Made by a program: the position numbers and the translations under genes. 64,000 nucleotides of DNA from Chloroflexota bacterium (GTDB taxonomy: Bacteria > Chloroflexota > Dehalococcoidia > Bin125): assembly GCA_028874365.1 (NCBI GenBank), contig JAPPJZ010000047.1:4306-68305 (forward strand). The letters run 5' to 3'. This document shows, piece after piece, positions 51,130-61,554 of this stretch (position 1 is the stretch's first letter; every line of letters starts with the position of its first letter). The notes beneath the pieces were generated by a model that searched no databases, was not told the DNA's origin, and saw nothing but the letters and a program-made list of their open reading frames with translations.

Positions 51130-52056
51130 TTAGCCGGTCTCAGCCCGGATCGCATCGTGGACGATCCCAAGCTGCTCGATCATGGCGTCGATCGAACGGG
51201 CTCCCGCAACAAAGATGCCGGTCACATTGACCGCGGCCCATCCGAAACCGGCCTCCTGCGCCCCCGCGGCGACCGCGGCGACATCGGCAGGCTGGGCCCA
51301 GAAATCGCGGGTTGAGGGATCGCCGGCGCGCGGTGGCATCGCGAGCTGGCACTGGAATCCGAGCGCATCAGGATCGCGTCCGGCTTTCTCCGCCTCGCTC
51401 TTGACCACGCCGATTGCTTCGACCGCTTCGTCGCCGAGCACTCCAGTGGCCATCCAGCCGTCTCCAAGCCGGCCGGTGCGCCGCAGGGCGGCCTTCGACA
51501 CCCCACCGATCCAGACGGGGATGTCTCGACCTTCGACGATCTGCAGCGGCTTCGGTTCCATCGCCATCGCCTTGGAGACGAAGTGATCGCCCTCGAAGTC
51601 GATTGAGGAGTCGGTCCAGCATGCCTTCATCAAGGCAATCGCTTCGTCCATCGCGGCCCCGCGCGTGTGGTAGTCCATGCCCAGGGCTTCGTACTCCGAA
51701 TCCTGCCAGCCAACGCCGACACCGACTCGGACACGTCCACCGGAGAGGGTGTCGAGCGTGCTGAACTGCTTGGCGACCAGAACCGGCTGCCGCTGCGGGA
51801 GGACAAGCACTTCGGTCCCCAGGCCTACACGCTCCGTCACGGCGGCGACGTAACCAAGCGTGATCAACGCCTCGAGAATCGGCATGTTCGACGGATACGG
51901 TCCCGACTCCCGGCCGGCCTGGGGATGACCCATCACGACGTGGTCGAACATGTCAATCTCGTCGTAGCCGATCTCTTCGATCGCCCGGGCCAGTCGCGAG
52001 ATCTCGGCCGGTCCGTTGCGGTGAACGACGGAGGGGAAGTCAACGGTCAGCTTCAT
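51130..52056 (-). CDS. LLM class, probably F420-dependent, oxidoreductase
   Basis: MFDHVVMG, LVAKQFSTLDTLSGGRVRVGVGVGW, PVWIGG, RLGDGW. Confidence 0.88.
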   Translation of the reverse strand: MKLTVDFPSVVHRNGPAEISRLARAIEEIGYDEIDMFDHVVMGHPQAGRESGPYPSNMPILEALITLGYVAAVTERVGLGTEVLVLPQRQPVLVAKQFSTLDTLSGGRVRVGVGVGWQDSEYEALGMDYHTRGAAMDEAIALMKACWTDSSIDFEGDHFVSKAMAMEPKPLQIVEGRDIPVWIGGVSKAALRRTGRLGDGWMATGVLGDEAVEAIGVVKSEAEKAGRDPDALGFQCQLAMPPRAGDPSTRDFWAQPADVAAVAAGAQEAGFGWAAVNVTGIFVAGARSIDAMIEQLGIVHDAIRAETG

Positions 52057-52184
52057 CTGAACAGCTCCCACGGTTCTAATGCAAAAGGCATCGGCGACGG
52101 GACGGTTGAGCCCGTCGTCCGGCGATTATGCTAACCGTGACCACAAGTCATCCAGAGCACCCTTCCAGAGCATCGGAGAACGCC

Positions 52185-52388
52185 ATGGCGGAAATCACGA
52201 TCAACGCGAACGGACCGATCCTGATCTCGACCGAAGGACTGACCCTGAAGGCGAATGATGGCTCGACGATCCCGAATCCCAAGGGGTCGATGGTCGCTCT
52301 CTGCCGCTGCGGTCAGTCCGACATGAAGCCCTTCTGCGACGGCTCCCACAAGGCCTGCGGCTTCGAGCACAACCCCTCAACGGCCTAG
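52185..52388 (+). CDS. CDGSH iron-sulfur domain protein, 67 aa
   Basis: LCRCGQSDMKPFCDGSH; GGAG before ATG 52185. Confidence 0.93.
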   Translation: MAEITINANGPILISTEGLTLKANDGSTIPNPKGSMVALCRCGQSDMKPFCDGSHKACGFEHNPSTA

Positions 52389-52427
52389 CTAAGTCCAATT
52401 GGCCTGCCCGCTCGATTGCGGAAGGCG

Positions 52428-52518
52428 CTCACCTTAGCCCTCTTCTCTGGCGAGAGGGAGTTGAGCACGACGAAACCTTCCGGTCCCCTCTCCCCCTGGG
52501 AGAGGGTTAGGGTGAGGG
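52428..52518. repeat. Inverted pair of REP-like elements, family B
   Basis: CTCACCTTAGCCCTCT...GAGAGGG (52428..52458) faces CCCTCTCCCCCTGGGAGAGGGTTAGGGTGAGGG (52486..52518). Confidence 0.75.
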
Positions 52519-52548
52519 CGTCGCCAAGACATCTCAGTGGACCCGGCC

Positions 52549-53757
52549 ATGTCTCCCAACCTCGTCCTCAACTGGCTGAACGAGTCGGTGATCGGCATCG
52601 AGGTCTGGCAATTCATCGGCCTCGGCGTGATGGCGGTGATCATCGTCATCCTGCGATTCGCGATCATCTTTGCGCTGAATCAGGCCATCACCAGGCGCAC
52701 CGCGCCTGAGCGGCACGAGTTCTGGCAGTTCGAACTCAAGCGCGTGCAGCGCCCGCTCCTGCTGCTGCTCGGCGCGGTGACGCTCGCCATCGGCTTCCCC
52801 GTCCTCGACTTCGATCCCGATGTCGAGAACGTGGTCGAGATCTTCTCCAACTTCGCATCGACCTTCGCCGGCGTGCTGTTCGGCTTCCGCCTGGTCGATG
52901 CAGCGGCCGATTACTGGCGGGAGATGGCGGCCGAAACCGACTCAAAGCTCGACGATCAACTGGTCCCGCTGGCGCGAACGTCTGGCAAGATCTTCGTCGG
53001 CGCGATCGGCGCCGTCTTCATCCTGCAGAACCTCGACGTCAACATCACCTCCCTGATCGCCGGTCTCGGACTCGGCGGCCTCGCCGTCGCTCTCGCGGCG
53101 CAGGACACGCTCAAGAACCTGCTCGGCGGCGCGACAATCCTCGCCGACAAACCGTTCCAGGTCGGCGACTGGGTGATCCTCGACGACATCGAAGGCACCG
53201 TCGAACAGGTCGGTTTCCGCTCCACCCGAATCCGCACCTTTGCCGACTCCCTGATCACCGTCCCCAACGCCCGAATGACCGACACCGCCGTCAACAACAT
53301 GGGCCAGCGCACCTGGCGCCGCTACTACACCACCGTCGGCATCGCCTATCACACAGACCCCGACCGCATCCAGGCCTTCGTCGAAGGCATCCGAGCGACC
53401 GTCCGCTCGAATCCGAACATGCGCCACGACTACTACATCGTCGAACTGCACAGCTTCGGCGACTCGGCCCTCAACATCATGGTCTACACCTTCATCGGCG
53501 CGTCGAACTGGAACGAAGAGCTGCGCACCCGGCACGTCTTCAACCTCGACATCATCCGTCTGGCCAACGAGCTCCAGGTTGAGTTCGCCTTCCCGACGCA
53601 GACCCTGCACCTCGCGAGCCGCGTCGAGGGCGCGCAGGAAATCCCCGACCTCCGCTCCCGCGAGAGCCTGGCCGAGACCGTCGACGACTTCGCGCCCGAC
53701 GGTGAGTCCGGACAACGCACCGACGACCCGATCACCCGGGGTTACGACAACGGCTGA
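52549..53757 (+). CDS. MscS family mechanosensitive channel
   Basis: AGLGLGGLAVALAAQDTLKN, PFQVGDW, VGFRSTRIR, VPN, EFAFPT. Alternative GTG start at 52537. Confidence 0.92.
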   Translation: MSPNLVLNWLNESVIGIEVWQFIGLGVMAVIIVILRFAIIFALNQAITRRTAPERHEFWQFELKRVQRPLLLLLGAVTLAIGFPVLDFDPDVENVVEIFSNFASTFAGVLFGFRLVDAAADYWREMAAETDSKLDDQLVPLARTSGKIFVGAIGAVFILQNLDVNITSLIAGLGLGGLAVALAAQDTLKNLLGGATILADKPFQVGDWVILDDIEGTVEQVGFRSTRIRTFADSLITVPNARMTDTAVNNMGQRTWRRYYTTVGIAYHTDPDRIQAFVEGIRATVRSNPNMRHDYYIVELHSFGDSALNIMVYTFIGASNWNEELRTRHVFNLDIIRLANELQVEFAFPTQTLHLASRVEGAQEIPDLRSRESLAETVDDFAPDGESGQRTDDPITRGYDNG

Positions 53758-53856
53758 GTCTCTCCCGTTGCGTCATCACCATTACCAAAGAGCGCCTGAC
53801 GATCTTCCTAGCCTCGCCGTGGCAGAGCGGTTCTGCGGGCGAAACGGAGGTCGACC

Positions 53857-55251
53857 ATGCTCGAACTTGCGGTCTTTCACAACGGCGCAGCGGACCTCCC
53901 GCTGACCACGACCCACGAAGGCGTGGTCGTCAACGACGGAGACCTCGAAGAGGTCCATGAGTCCGGCCGCCGAATCATCGCCAACCAGGTCCGTCAGGGC
54001 GTGCTCGCCGATCAGCTCGGCTTCAACTACTGGTTCATGACCGAGCACCACTTCCAGCCCGAGGGCGCAGAGCTCTCACCCGCCCCGCTCCAGACCGAAA
54101 CCGCAATCGCCGCGCTGACATCGCGCATCCGACTCGGCCAGATGGCCAACATCCTGCCCTGGTGGCACCCGATCCGCGTGGCCGAGTCCGCCGCCATGCT
54201 CGACGTGATGTCCGGCGGACGCCTCGAGTTCGGCGTCGGACGCGGATACCAACCCCGCGAAGCGGAGGTCCTCGGTGGAGCCATGGGCGCCACGATCCAG
54301 GACCAGGAGCGCAACCGCTCCTACTTCGAAGAGGCCTACGAGATCATCATGAAGGCCTGGACCGAACCGTCGTTCTCCTACCACGGCGAGTTCTACCGCG
54401 TCCCGCCCTCCTACACGAAGTGGAATCACAAGCAGACAATCGCCTACTTCGAGCAGGAGCGCACCAAGCACCCGGTCGACGACGTGCTCAACCTCGGCCC
54501 GCCCGACATGTACTCGATGGGCAGCCCGGTCCTCGCCTCGACCACCACCCTGCGCGAGATCTCGGTCATCCCCCAACCAGCGCAAAAGCCGCATCCGCAG
54601 GTCTGGCAACCGGTGACCTCGCCGCGCTCGATCGGCTGGGCGGCCGAGCGCGGTGTCAACTGCTTCACGGTGCCCGAACCCACCTCGCGGCTGGTCGGCA
54701 ACGTCGAGCGCTACTACGCCGATGCCGAGGCCGCCGGCTGGCCCGACCGACTCGATCGCGGACCCTTCAAGTTCGGCTGGGACTCCGAGAAGAAGCGCGG
54801 CTACGGCTGCTGCCGATACATCCACCTGCTCGATCCCGACAACCCCGACGCCGACATGGAACGCTTCAAACTCGGTCTCGAACTGCAGTGGGACTACTAC
54901 GGCCCGTTCGGCTTCGCCGCCGTGCTCGCCGACGCCGACGAAGACCCCTACCCGCTCGACATGCGCGTCACCGCCGACCTGCTGATCGACAAGCAGGTCG
55001 CCATCGTCGGAACCCCCGATCAGGTCGTCGAGCAGATCATGGCGGTCAAGGACGGCGTCGGCTACGAAGACTTCCTCTTCGCCACCTGGTTCGAGATCGG
55101 CGGCTACTCGCACGAAGAGGTCGAGCACCAGATGCGCTGGTTCGCCGCCGACTGCATGCCGCAACTCGCCGACGCTTGTGGCGGCATGGTCGTCAACCCA
55201 CCGGCCAACGCGGTCGCACCCGAGATCGCCGCCGCCGCGGCCGGCGACTGA
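53857..55251 (+). CDS. LLM class flavin-dependent oxidoreductase
   Basis: FMTEHHFQPEG, HPIRVAESAAMLDVMSGGRLEFGVGRG, PAQKPHP. Confidence 0.9.
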   Translation: MLELAVFHNGAADLPLTTTHEGVVVNDGDLEEVHESGRRIIANQVRQGVLADQLGFNYWFMTEHHFQPEGAELSPAPLQTETAIAALTSRIRLGQMANILPWWHPIRVAESAAMLDVMSGGRLEFGVGRGYQPREAEVLGGAMGATIQDQERNRSYFEEAYEIIMKAWTEPSFSYHGEFYRVPPSYTKWNHKQTIAYFEQERTKHPVDDVLNLGPPDMYSMGSPVLASTTTLREISVIPQPAQKPHPQVWQPVTSPRSIGWAAERGVNCFTVPEPTSRLVGNVERYYADAEAAGWPDRLDRGPFKFGWDSEKKRGYGCCRYIHLLDPDNPDADMERFKLGLELQWDYYGPFGFAAVLADADEDPYPLDMRVTADLLIDKQVAIVGTPDQVVEQIMAVKDGVGYEDFLFATWFEIGGYSHEEVEHQMRWFAADCMPQLADACGGMVVNPPANAVAPEIAAAAAGD

Positions 55252-55303
55252 CCTGCGCGGCTGAACAGCGCTCCATCACACAGATCCTGGAAAGGAAATC
55301 GAC

Positions 55304-56149
55304 ATGGGAATCAAGATCCACGGCATGCGACTCGGCGGCTTCCCCGTCCCCCTCGAGATGCTGTTCGACACCGGCGGCGCACGCACCACGCAGCGGCTCG
55401 ACGACGGCGACATCGTCGACGGCCTCTACCAGTGCCCATCGCTGTCCTACATCCTCGAGCACCCCGACGCCGGGCTGATCGCCTTCGAGACCGGCGTCTC
55501 GACCAACTGGAGCGAAGAGTGGCTCTCGGACTGGACCGACCTCGTCGACCTCTCCGCGATCACCCCCGAGGTCTGCATCGAGGAACAGCTCAAGACCAGG
55601 GGCTGGGGCCCGGAAGACATCGGCCACGTGATCCAGGGTCACCTGCACGCCGACCACGCCGGCGGCCTGCGTGTCTTCGAAGAGGCCGGAGCCAAAATCG
55701 TCGTCCACGAGGATGAGTGGCGGTACTGCGTCAGCAACATCGCCGACGCCGACGCCTTCTTCATCCGAGCCGACTGGAACTTCGTTTCCCGCGCGCCCCA
55801 GATGCTGGTCTACGGAGACCAGGAGATCTTCGAGGACGTCTGGACCATCTCGCTGCCCGGTCACACACCCGGCCAGATGGGACTCCTGGTCAGGCTCGAC
55901 TCGACCGGCTGGGTCTTCCTGACCTCCGACGCCATGTACTTCCACGACACCATCGGCGAACCGAACGCCACCTCCGTCGTCAACATGCTGCCCGAGGACT
56001 GGAACAACTCGATCGCCAAGATCGCCCAGATCGCCGCCGACCGAGACGCCTACCTGCTCCCCGGCCACGACCTCGTCGGCTCCCAGTACACCGAAGGCGT
56101 CGTCGAAGCCAAACGAATCGACTTCACCCCAGGCGCCGTCTACGAGTAA
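55304..56149 (+). CDS. N-acyl-homoserine lactonase (AiiA/AttM-like) MBL protein
   Basis: HLHADHAGG, PGHTPG, SDAMY, PGHD. Confidence 0.82.
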   Translation: MGIKIHGMRLGGFPVPLEMLFDTGGARTTQRLDDGDIVDGLYQCPSLSYILEHPDAGLIAFETGVSTNWSEEWLSDWTDLVDLSAITPEVCIEEQLKTRGWGPEDIGHVIQGHLHADHAGGLRVFEEAGAKIVVHEDEWRYCVSNIADADAFFIRADWNFVSRAPQMLVYGDQEIFEDVWTISLPGHTPGQMGLLVRLDSTGWVFLTSDAMYFHDTIGEPNATSVVNMLPEDWNNSIAKIAQIAADRDAYLLPGHDLVGSQYTEGVVEAKRIDFTPGAVYE

Positions 56150-56176
56150 AGCACCGGCCCCGCGCACTCGGTTCCT

Positions 56177-56265
56177 TTCTCCCCCCGCGCTGTCGGGGGA
56201 TACGCCGCCCTTGTTCCCTTTCTCCCCCCGCGCAAGCGGGGGGAGATGCCGAAGGCAGAGGGGGG
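56177..56265 (+). repeat. REP-like element family A, copy 3 (56221..56265) preceded by a degenerate partial copy
   Basis: TCTCCCCCCGCGCAAGCGGGGGGAGATGCCGAAGGCAGAGGGGGG; partial TTCTCCCCCCGCGC...GGGGGA at 56177..56200. Confidence 0.85.
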
Positions 56266-56418
56266 CACGTCAAACAACACCGCCACCGCTGCGTCTGGCG
56301 ATGCATACGACGTCCGTCGCTGCCCCCTCGTAGCGTCTCGTCCCGCTACTCGGGATGATGCCGACCACGTACCTACGAGTACGCTGCGCTCAACACACCC
56401 ACCTAGAGGAGCCCCACG

Positions 56419-57393
56419 ATGAAGAACATGCGCATCGGCGTTCACATCGCCCTGCAAAACATCCAGATGATGAACGCCCCCGCCCTAATCGACGGGATCG
56501 TCGCCGCCGACCGAGACGGACTCGACACCGCCTGGCTGACCGTCGGCGGACCCGCACCCGACCCGTTCGCCGTCTTCGTCGGCGCCGCCCTCTCAGGCGC
56601 GGAGCGGATCACCTTCGGCACCTCGATCGTGCCCACCTACCCACGCCACCCAATCTCCATGGTCCAGGGCGCCGCCTCCGTCGATCAGATGGCGCCGGGC
56701 CGCATGATCCTCGGCCTCGGTCCGTCCCACAAGCCGGCCATCGAAGGCACCTGGGGCATGCCCTTCCACAAGCCGCTCTCCCACCTGCGCGAATACGTCA
56801 CCATCTGCCGCGCGATGCTCGAAGAAGGTGAAGTCAACCACGAGGGCGAACTGATCACCGCCCGCGCCCAACTCCCCGGAGGCCCGACCCAGGTCCAGAC
56901 CATGATCTCCGCCCTGCGAGAGAAGGCCTGGTCGCTCAGCGGCGAAATCACCGCCGGCGGCATCTCCTGGATGTCGCCCTTGCCGTACATCCGCGATGTC
57001 GCCCTCCCCGCCCAGCAGGCGGGCGCCGACCTCGCCGGTCGCGACCGGCCGCAAATGGTCGTCCACACGCCCATCATCCTCAGCGAAGATCGGGACGCCA
57101 TCCGCGCCGCCGCCAAGCGGCAGTTCGGCTTCTACCAGCGCCTGCCCTACTACTCGCAGATGCTCCAGGACGCCGGCTACGACGAAGCCGCCGGCACCGA
57201 CTTCACCGACCGCATGGCCGACGCACTGATCATCTCCGGCTCCGAAGCCGAGGTCGGAGACCGAGTCCGAGCCATGCACGACGACTACGGTGTCGACGAA
57301 CTCCTCGCCGCCATCGTCGTCCTCGTCGACGACCCCGAATCCCACATCACCCGAACCCGAGCCTTCCTAGGAGAGCTCGCCCAGGCCGACTAA
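56419..57393 (+). CDS. LLM class, probably F420-dependent, oxidoreductase
   Basis: GTSIVPTYPRHP, GRMILGLGPSH, HLREYVTI. Confidence 0.88.
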   Translation: MKNMRIGVHIALQNIQMMNAPALIDGIVAADRDGLDTAWLTVGGPAPDPFAVFVGAALSGAERITFGTSIVPTYPRHPISMVQGAASVDQMAPGRMILGLGPSHKPAIEGTWGMPFHKPLSHLREYVTICRAMLEEGEVNHEGELITARAQLPGGPTQVQTMISALREKAWSLSGEITAGGISWMSPLPYIRDVALPAQQAGADLAGRDRPQMVVHTPIILSEDRDAIRAAAKRQFGFYQRLPYYSQMLQDAGYDEAAGTDFTDRMADALIISGSEAEVGDRVRAMHDDYGVDELLAAIVVLVDDPESHITRTRAFLGELAQAD

Positions 57394-58790
57394 GTCGCCC
57401 GCGGTTTCTGACCCTCCATCAACACGACCGGCGCGAGCCGGGCGGCAAACAGCGGACTGATCGCCGGACTCGGAGCGGTTCTCGGCTCGGACGGGACTGA
57501 TCGAGGCTCAGGTTCAGGCGGTCGTTCGCCGCCGAAACCGGCAATCGAGTAGGCCGCCGTCCCCGGCTCTGGCGGAATTCGCCGAGTCCGCGCCCGCGAC
57601 AGCGCCATCAGGATCGTCCCGGCCACCACCACCAGACCCACGATGTACAGCGTCTCCCGACCGCCGATCGCGTCCGCCACGATCCCCCACACCGGCGCCA
57701 GGATGCCCTGCAGCCCGAATGCCATGAACACCCAGCTGATCACCCGCCCGAAGTACTCGGGCCGAGTGTTCGTCATCATGATCGCCTGGTTCAGCAACAT
57801 CACAGCCGATCGCGCCCCGCCCGCGATCGCCGACACGATCAGCAGCACCGCATAGACCGGTGACCAGGCAGTCAACCAGATCCCGCCGGCCAGCGCCAGC
57901 GCCGAGAGGAAGAGCAGCGGCCAGGCCCAGCGTCCGCCGACCATCCCGGCCAGCATGATGTTGATCGGCAGCGCCGTCACCCCCCAGATCGTCCCGATGA
58001 TCAACGCCTCGCTCTCGGCCCGGCCGAATTCCTGGTCCAGAAGGCCGGGAACCAGCGTCTGCAGCGCGAAGCCGGTGACCACGATCAACGTCCAGAACAG
58101 CCACAGACTGCGCAGCTGCGGACGACTGGTCAGATAGCGCAGGCCGGCCGCCATTTCATTGGCCATCGGCTTGCGTTGCTCCGGCGGCGTCGCCCGACCG
58201 CTTCCGCTGATCATCAGCGTCAGCGGGATCACGATCACGAACGGCACCGCCACCAGCATGTACAGAATGCCCGAGTTGAGGCCCATCGAGACGACCAGGA
58301 TCGCAGCCAGCGCCGGCCCGATCACTGCCGCGATGTTGATCGACATGTTCTGCAACGCCACTGCATTCGGCAGCAGTCGCTGAGGCACCAGCTCCACCAC
58401 CCACGACTGTCGCGCCGGGCCCATCAAGGAGAACGTCCCGCCCATCAGGAAGGTCGAGCCGAACAGCAGCGGGATTGTGATGCTGTCGCTGACAATCAAA
58501 ATGCCGGTCGCGACGATGATCAAGCAGGGAATGATCTGGCTGCCCAGCACCAGCGGCTTCTTCTTGTACCGATCCGCGATCACCCCGCCGAACGGTCCCA
58601 GCGCGAGCTGCGCCACCATCCCGGCCTGGGCGAAGCCGGAGGCGGCATACGATCCCGTGATCTCGTAGGCAACGATCGGCACCAGGTAGAACGTGGTCAT
58701 GAAGGCCGTTGTGGCCATCAGCGACCCGACCCACAGCAGCCGGTAATCCCGCACCGCAAGCGAGGCAAAGGTGACCCGAAGTCGATTCAT
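57390..58790 (-). CDS. MFS transporter, tandem paralog 5
   Basis: GGVIADRYKKK motif A, GPARQSW, NTRPEYFGRV. Confidence 0.9.
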   Translation of the reverse strand: MNRLRVTFASLAVRDYRLLWVGSLMATTAFMTTFYLVPIVAYEITGSYAASGFAQAGMVAQLALGPFGGVIADRYKKKPLVLGSQIIPCLIIVATGILIVSDSITIPLLFGSTFLMGGTFSLMGPARQSWVVELVPQRLLPNAVALQNMSINIAAVIGPALAAILVVSMGLNSGILYMLVAVPFVIVIPLTLMISGSGRATPPEQRKPMANEMAAGLRYLTSRPQLRSLWLFWTLIVVTGFALQTLVPGLLDQEFGRAESEALIIGTIWGVTALPINIMLAGMVGGRWAWPLLFLSALALAGGIWLTAWSPVYAVLLIVSAIAGGARSAVMLLNQAIMMTNTRPEYFGRVISWVFMAFGLQGILAPVWGIVADAIGGRETLYIVGLVVVAGTILMALSRARTRRIPPEPGTAAYSIAGFGGERPPEPEPRSVPSEPRTAPSPAISPLFAARLAPVVLMEGQKPRAT

Positions 58791-58800
58791 TAGCCTCAGG

Positions 58801-60180
58801 CTAATCGCCGCCGGGCATCGCGAGCCTCGGCTTCTGTCCCTCCATCAGCACAATCGGCGCAACCCGAGCCGCGAACAGCGGGCTGTACGCCGGGCTCGGA
58901 GCAGTCCTGGGGTCGGATTCCGGCGGCGCAGCAGCCACCGATGCGGCGGGCGTACCGGCCTCCAGCGGCAGCCGCCGCGTCGTAATCCAGCCCAGGAACA
59001 TCAACGCCGTCGCCCCGACCACGATCACACCAACCAGGAACAGCGTCTCGCGACCCCCGATGATGTCCGCGATGATCCCCCAACCGGGCGCCGTGATCGA
59101 CTGCAGCCCGAACGCCATCAGCACGTACGCCATCACCCGACCGAAGTACTCCGGCTTCGTGTTCGACATCATGATCGCCTGGTTGACGAGCATCACCCCG
59201 GAGCGGCCCGCACCGGCCACCGCGCTCAGGATCAACACCAGCCCGTAAGTCGGCGCCCACGCCACCATCCACAGTCCGACCGCCATCAGGACCGCCGTCC
59301 CCAGCAACAGCGGCCAGGCCAGTCGTCCGCCGACCAGGCCCGCGAGCGGAACGTTGATCGCGAGCGCGGAAATCCCGAAGATCGCGTTGATCAGCACCGC
59401 TTCGTCGGACGAGCGCGAAAACTCCTGGTCGAGAATCCCCGGCATCAGCGTCTGGATCGCGAAACCGCAGATCACGATCACGAGCCAGAACACCCACAGG
59501 ATGCGCAGCCGAGGGTTTCGCCGCAGATAGTGGAACCCGTCTGCGAGTTCCCGCCGCGGCGATCGTCGCTCGACAACCTTCGGCATCGTGCGAGGCAACA
59601 AGTGGTTGAGCGGAACCACGATTAGGAAGACCAGCGAGATCCCCAGGTAAACCCCGCCGGCATTCACGTTGAATGCAACCACCGCAACCGACGCCAGCGT
59701 CGGTCCCAGCACCTGGGCAATGTTGATCCCCATCTGCTGAAGCGCGACCGCATTGGGCACCAGCCGTCCCGGTACCAGCTCCGCCACCCACGACTGCCGA
59801 GCCGGACCGGTGAGCGCAAACGTCGCGCCGCTGAGCAACGTTGAGGCAAACAGCAATGGAATCGTGATCAGGTCGGTGGCGATCAGCACACCAGTCCCAG
59901 CGATCACGAACAGGGTCGAGTACTGACCCATCAGCACGATCGGCTTCTTCGGGAACCGATCCGCCACCACGCCGCCGAGCGGCGTCAGGAACAGCATCCC
60001 CACGCCGTTGCCCATCGCGGCAAAGCCCGACGCCGCGTACGAACCGGTCAACTGATAGGCCACGATCGGAACCAGCACGAACGTCGTCATGAACGCCGTC
60101 GTCGCCAGCGTCGAAGCGATCCACTGACGTCGGAAGTTGGGCACCGCGAGCGCCGCGAAGGTGACGCTGAACCTGTTCAT
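58801..60180 (-). CDS. MFS transporter, tandem paralog 4
   Basis: GGVVADRFPKK, GPARQSW, NTKPEYFGRV. Confidence 0.9.
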   Translation of the reverse strand: MNRFSVTFAALAVPNFRRQWIASTLATTAFMTTFVLVPIVAYQLTGSYAASGFAAMGNGVGMLFLTPLGGVVADRFPKKPIVLMGQYSTLFVIAGTGVLIATDLITIPLLFASTLLSGATFALTGPARQSWVAELVPGRLVPNAVALQQMGINIAQVLGPTLASVAVVAFNVNAGGVYLGISLVFLIVVPLNHLLPRTMPKVVERRSPRRELADGFHYLRRNPRLRILWVFWLVIVICGFAIQTLMPGILDQEFSRSSDEAVLINAIFGISALAINVPLAGLVGGRLAWPLLLGTAVLMAVGLWMVAWAPTYGLVLILSAVAGAGRSGVMLVNQAIMMSNTKPEYFGRVMAYVLMAFGLQSITAPGWGIIADIIGGRETLFLVGVIVVGATALMFLGWITTRRLPLEAGTPAASVAAAPPESDPRTAPSPAYSPLFAARVAPIVLMEGQKPRLAMPGGD

Positions 60181-60189
60181 CGCTCGAGC

Positions 60190-61554
60190 CTAGTCGCCGC
60201 CCGCGACGGGCGTCGCCCGCCGTTTCTGCTCGCCCATCCGCGCAACCGGCGCAAGTCGCGCGGCAAACGCCGGACTCCGCCCGGATCGAGCCGACCGCTC
60301 AGTCGGCCCCGCTGCCGCGAGTGCGGCCGGCGTGCCGACCTCGAGCGGCATCCGTCGAGTCCGCCGCCAGGCGACAATGAGCAACCCGGTTGCGGCCAGC
60401 ACGATCATCCCCACCAGGAACATCGTTTCGCGCCCGCCGATCGCGTCGGCGCTAATCCCCCAGATCGGACCAAGCAGCGACTGCGCTGCAAACCCGAGCA
60501 CAACGAACGACATCACCCGCCCGAAGAACTCCGGTCGAGAGTTCGTCATGATCAGAGCCTGGTTGACCAGCAACACGCCCGTCGACGCGATGCCGACCAG
60601 GATCGCCAGCAGCATCATCGCGAAAAACGAAGGCGCCAGCCCGGCGAAGAAGAACACCAGCGCCAGCAGCCCCCCAAACGCGATCAGCAGCGGCCACGCG
60701 CGAGGTCCCGAGACCATCCCGGCCAACGGCACATTGGCAATCAGCGAGACCACGCCCACGATCAGGTAGAGCAGAAAAATGTCGCTCGCCGGCACACCGA
60801 AGTTGCGCTCGATGTAACCGGGCAGCAGCACCTGAGCCGCGAACCGGCAGATCGACACCACCATCCAGAAGCTCCACAGAATGCGCAGCCGAGGACTGCC
60901 CATCAGATACCTGAAGCCGGATGTCAGTTCGCCGACCACCGATCGTCGTGCTGCGGCGTCGCTCGCCCGAGCGTTCGGCAGCCACGTCGTGAGCGGCAGC
61001 GCCACCAGGAAGAATCCCGCCACCAGGAAGTACACCTGGCCCGACCCGAATGCAAAGACCAGCAACAGCACCGATCCCAACATCGGACCAATCACCAGCG
61101 CCAGGTTCTGAGCCACCTGCAGCAGCCCGACTCCGCCGCCCATCAACGATCGCGGGACCAACTCGCTCATCCACGCTTGCCGAGCCGGACCCATCAACGC
61201 GAAGCCAACGCCCATCAACAGGCTCGAAACAAACAGCATCCAGATCGTGATCAGCCCGCTCACCACCAGGATCCCGGTACCCAGGATCAACAAACCAGGG
61301 ATGATTTGGCCAACCAGAACGAGCGGCTTCTTCGCATACCGATCCGCGATCACACCGCCGATCGGTCCCAGCAGCAACATCGAGAGACCGCTGCCCATCT
61401 GCGCGATGCCGGACGCCGTATAGGACTCCGTGATCTCATACGCCACGATCGGCACCAGCAGGAAGCTGGTCATGAACGCCGTGGTGGAGAACAGCGTCCC
61501 GCCCCAGAGCAATCGGTAGTTCCGCGACCCGAACGCGGCGAACGTCCCCCGCAT
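60190..61554 (-). CDS. MFS transporter, tandem paralog 3, 454 aa
   Basis: Start reset to MRGTFAAFG (ATG overlaps the upstream TGA); GGVIADRYAKK, NSRPEFFGRV. Confidence 0.9.
   Translation of the reverse strand: MRGTFAAFGSRNYRLLWGGTLFSTTAFMTSFLLVPIVAYEITESYTASGIAQMGSGLSMLLLGPIGGVIADRYAKKPLVLVGQIIPGLLILGTGILVVSGLITIWMLFVSSLLMGVGFALMGPARQAWMSELVPRSLMGGGVGLLQVAQNLALVIGPMLGSVLLLVFAFGSGQVYFLVAGFFLVALPLTTWLPNARASDAAARRSVVGELTSGFRYLMGSPRLRILWSFWMVVSICRFAAQVLLPGYIERNFGVPASDIFLLYLIVGVVSLIANVPLAGMVSGPRAWPLLIAFGGLLALVFFFAGLAPSFFAMMLLAILVGIASTGVLLVNQALIMTNSRPEFFGRVMSFVVLGFAAQSLLGPIWGISADAIGGRETMFLVGMIVLAATGLLIVAWRRTRRMPLEVGTPAALAAAGPTERSARSGRSPAFAARLAPVARMGEQKRRATPVAGGD

Noticed and set aside
53819-53832. 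tRNA D-arm-like GTGGCAGAGCGGTT
   Set aside because: No T-arm (GTTCRA) or acceptor stem; it runs into the LLM RBS.
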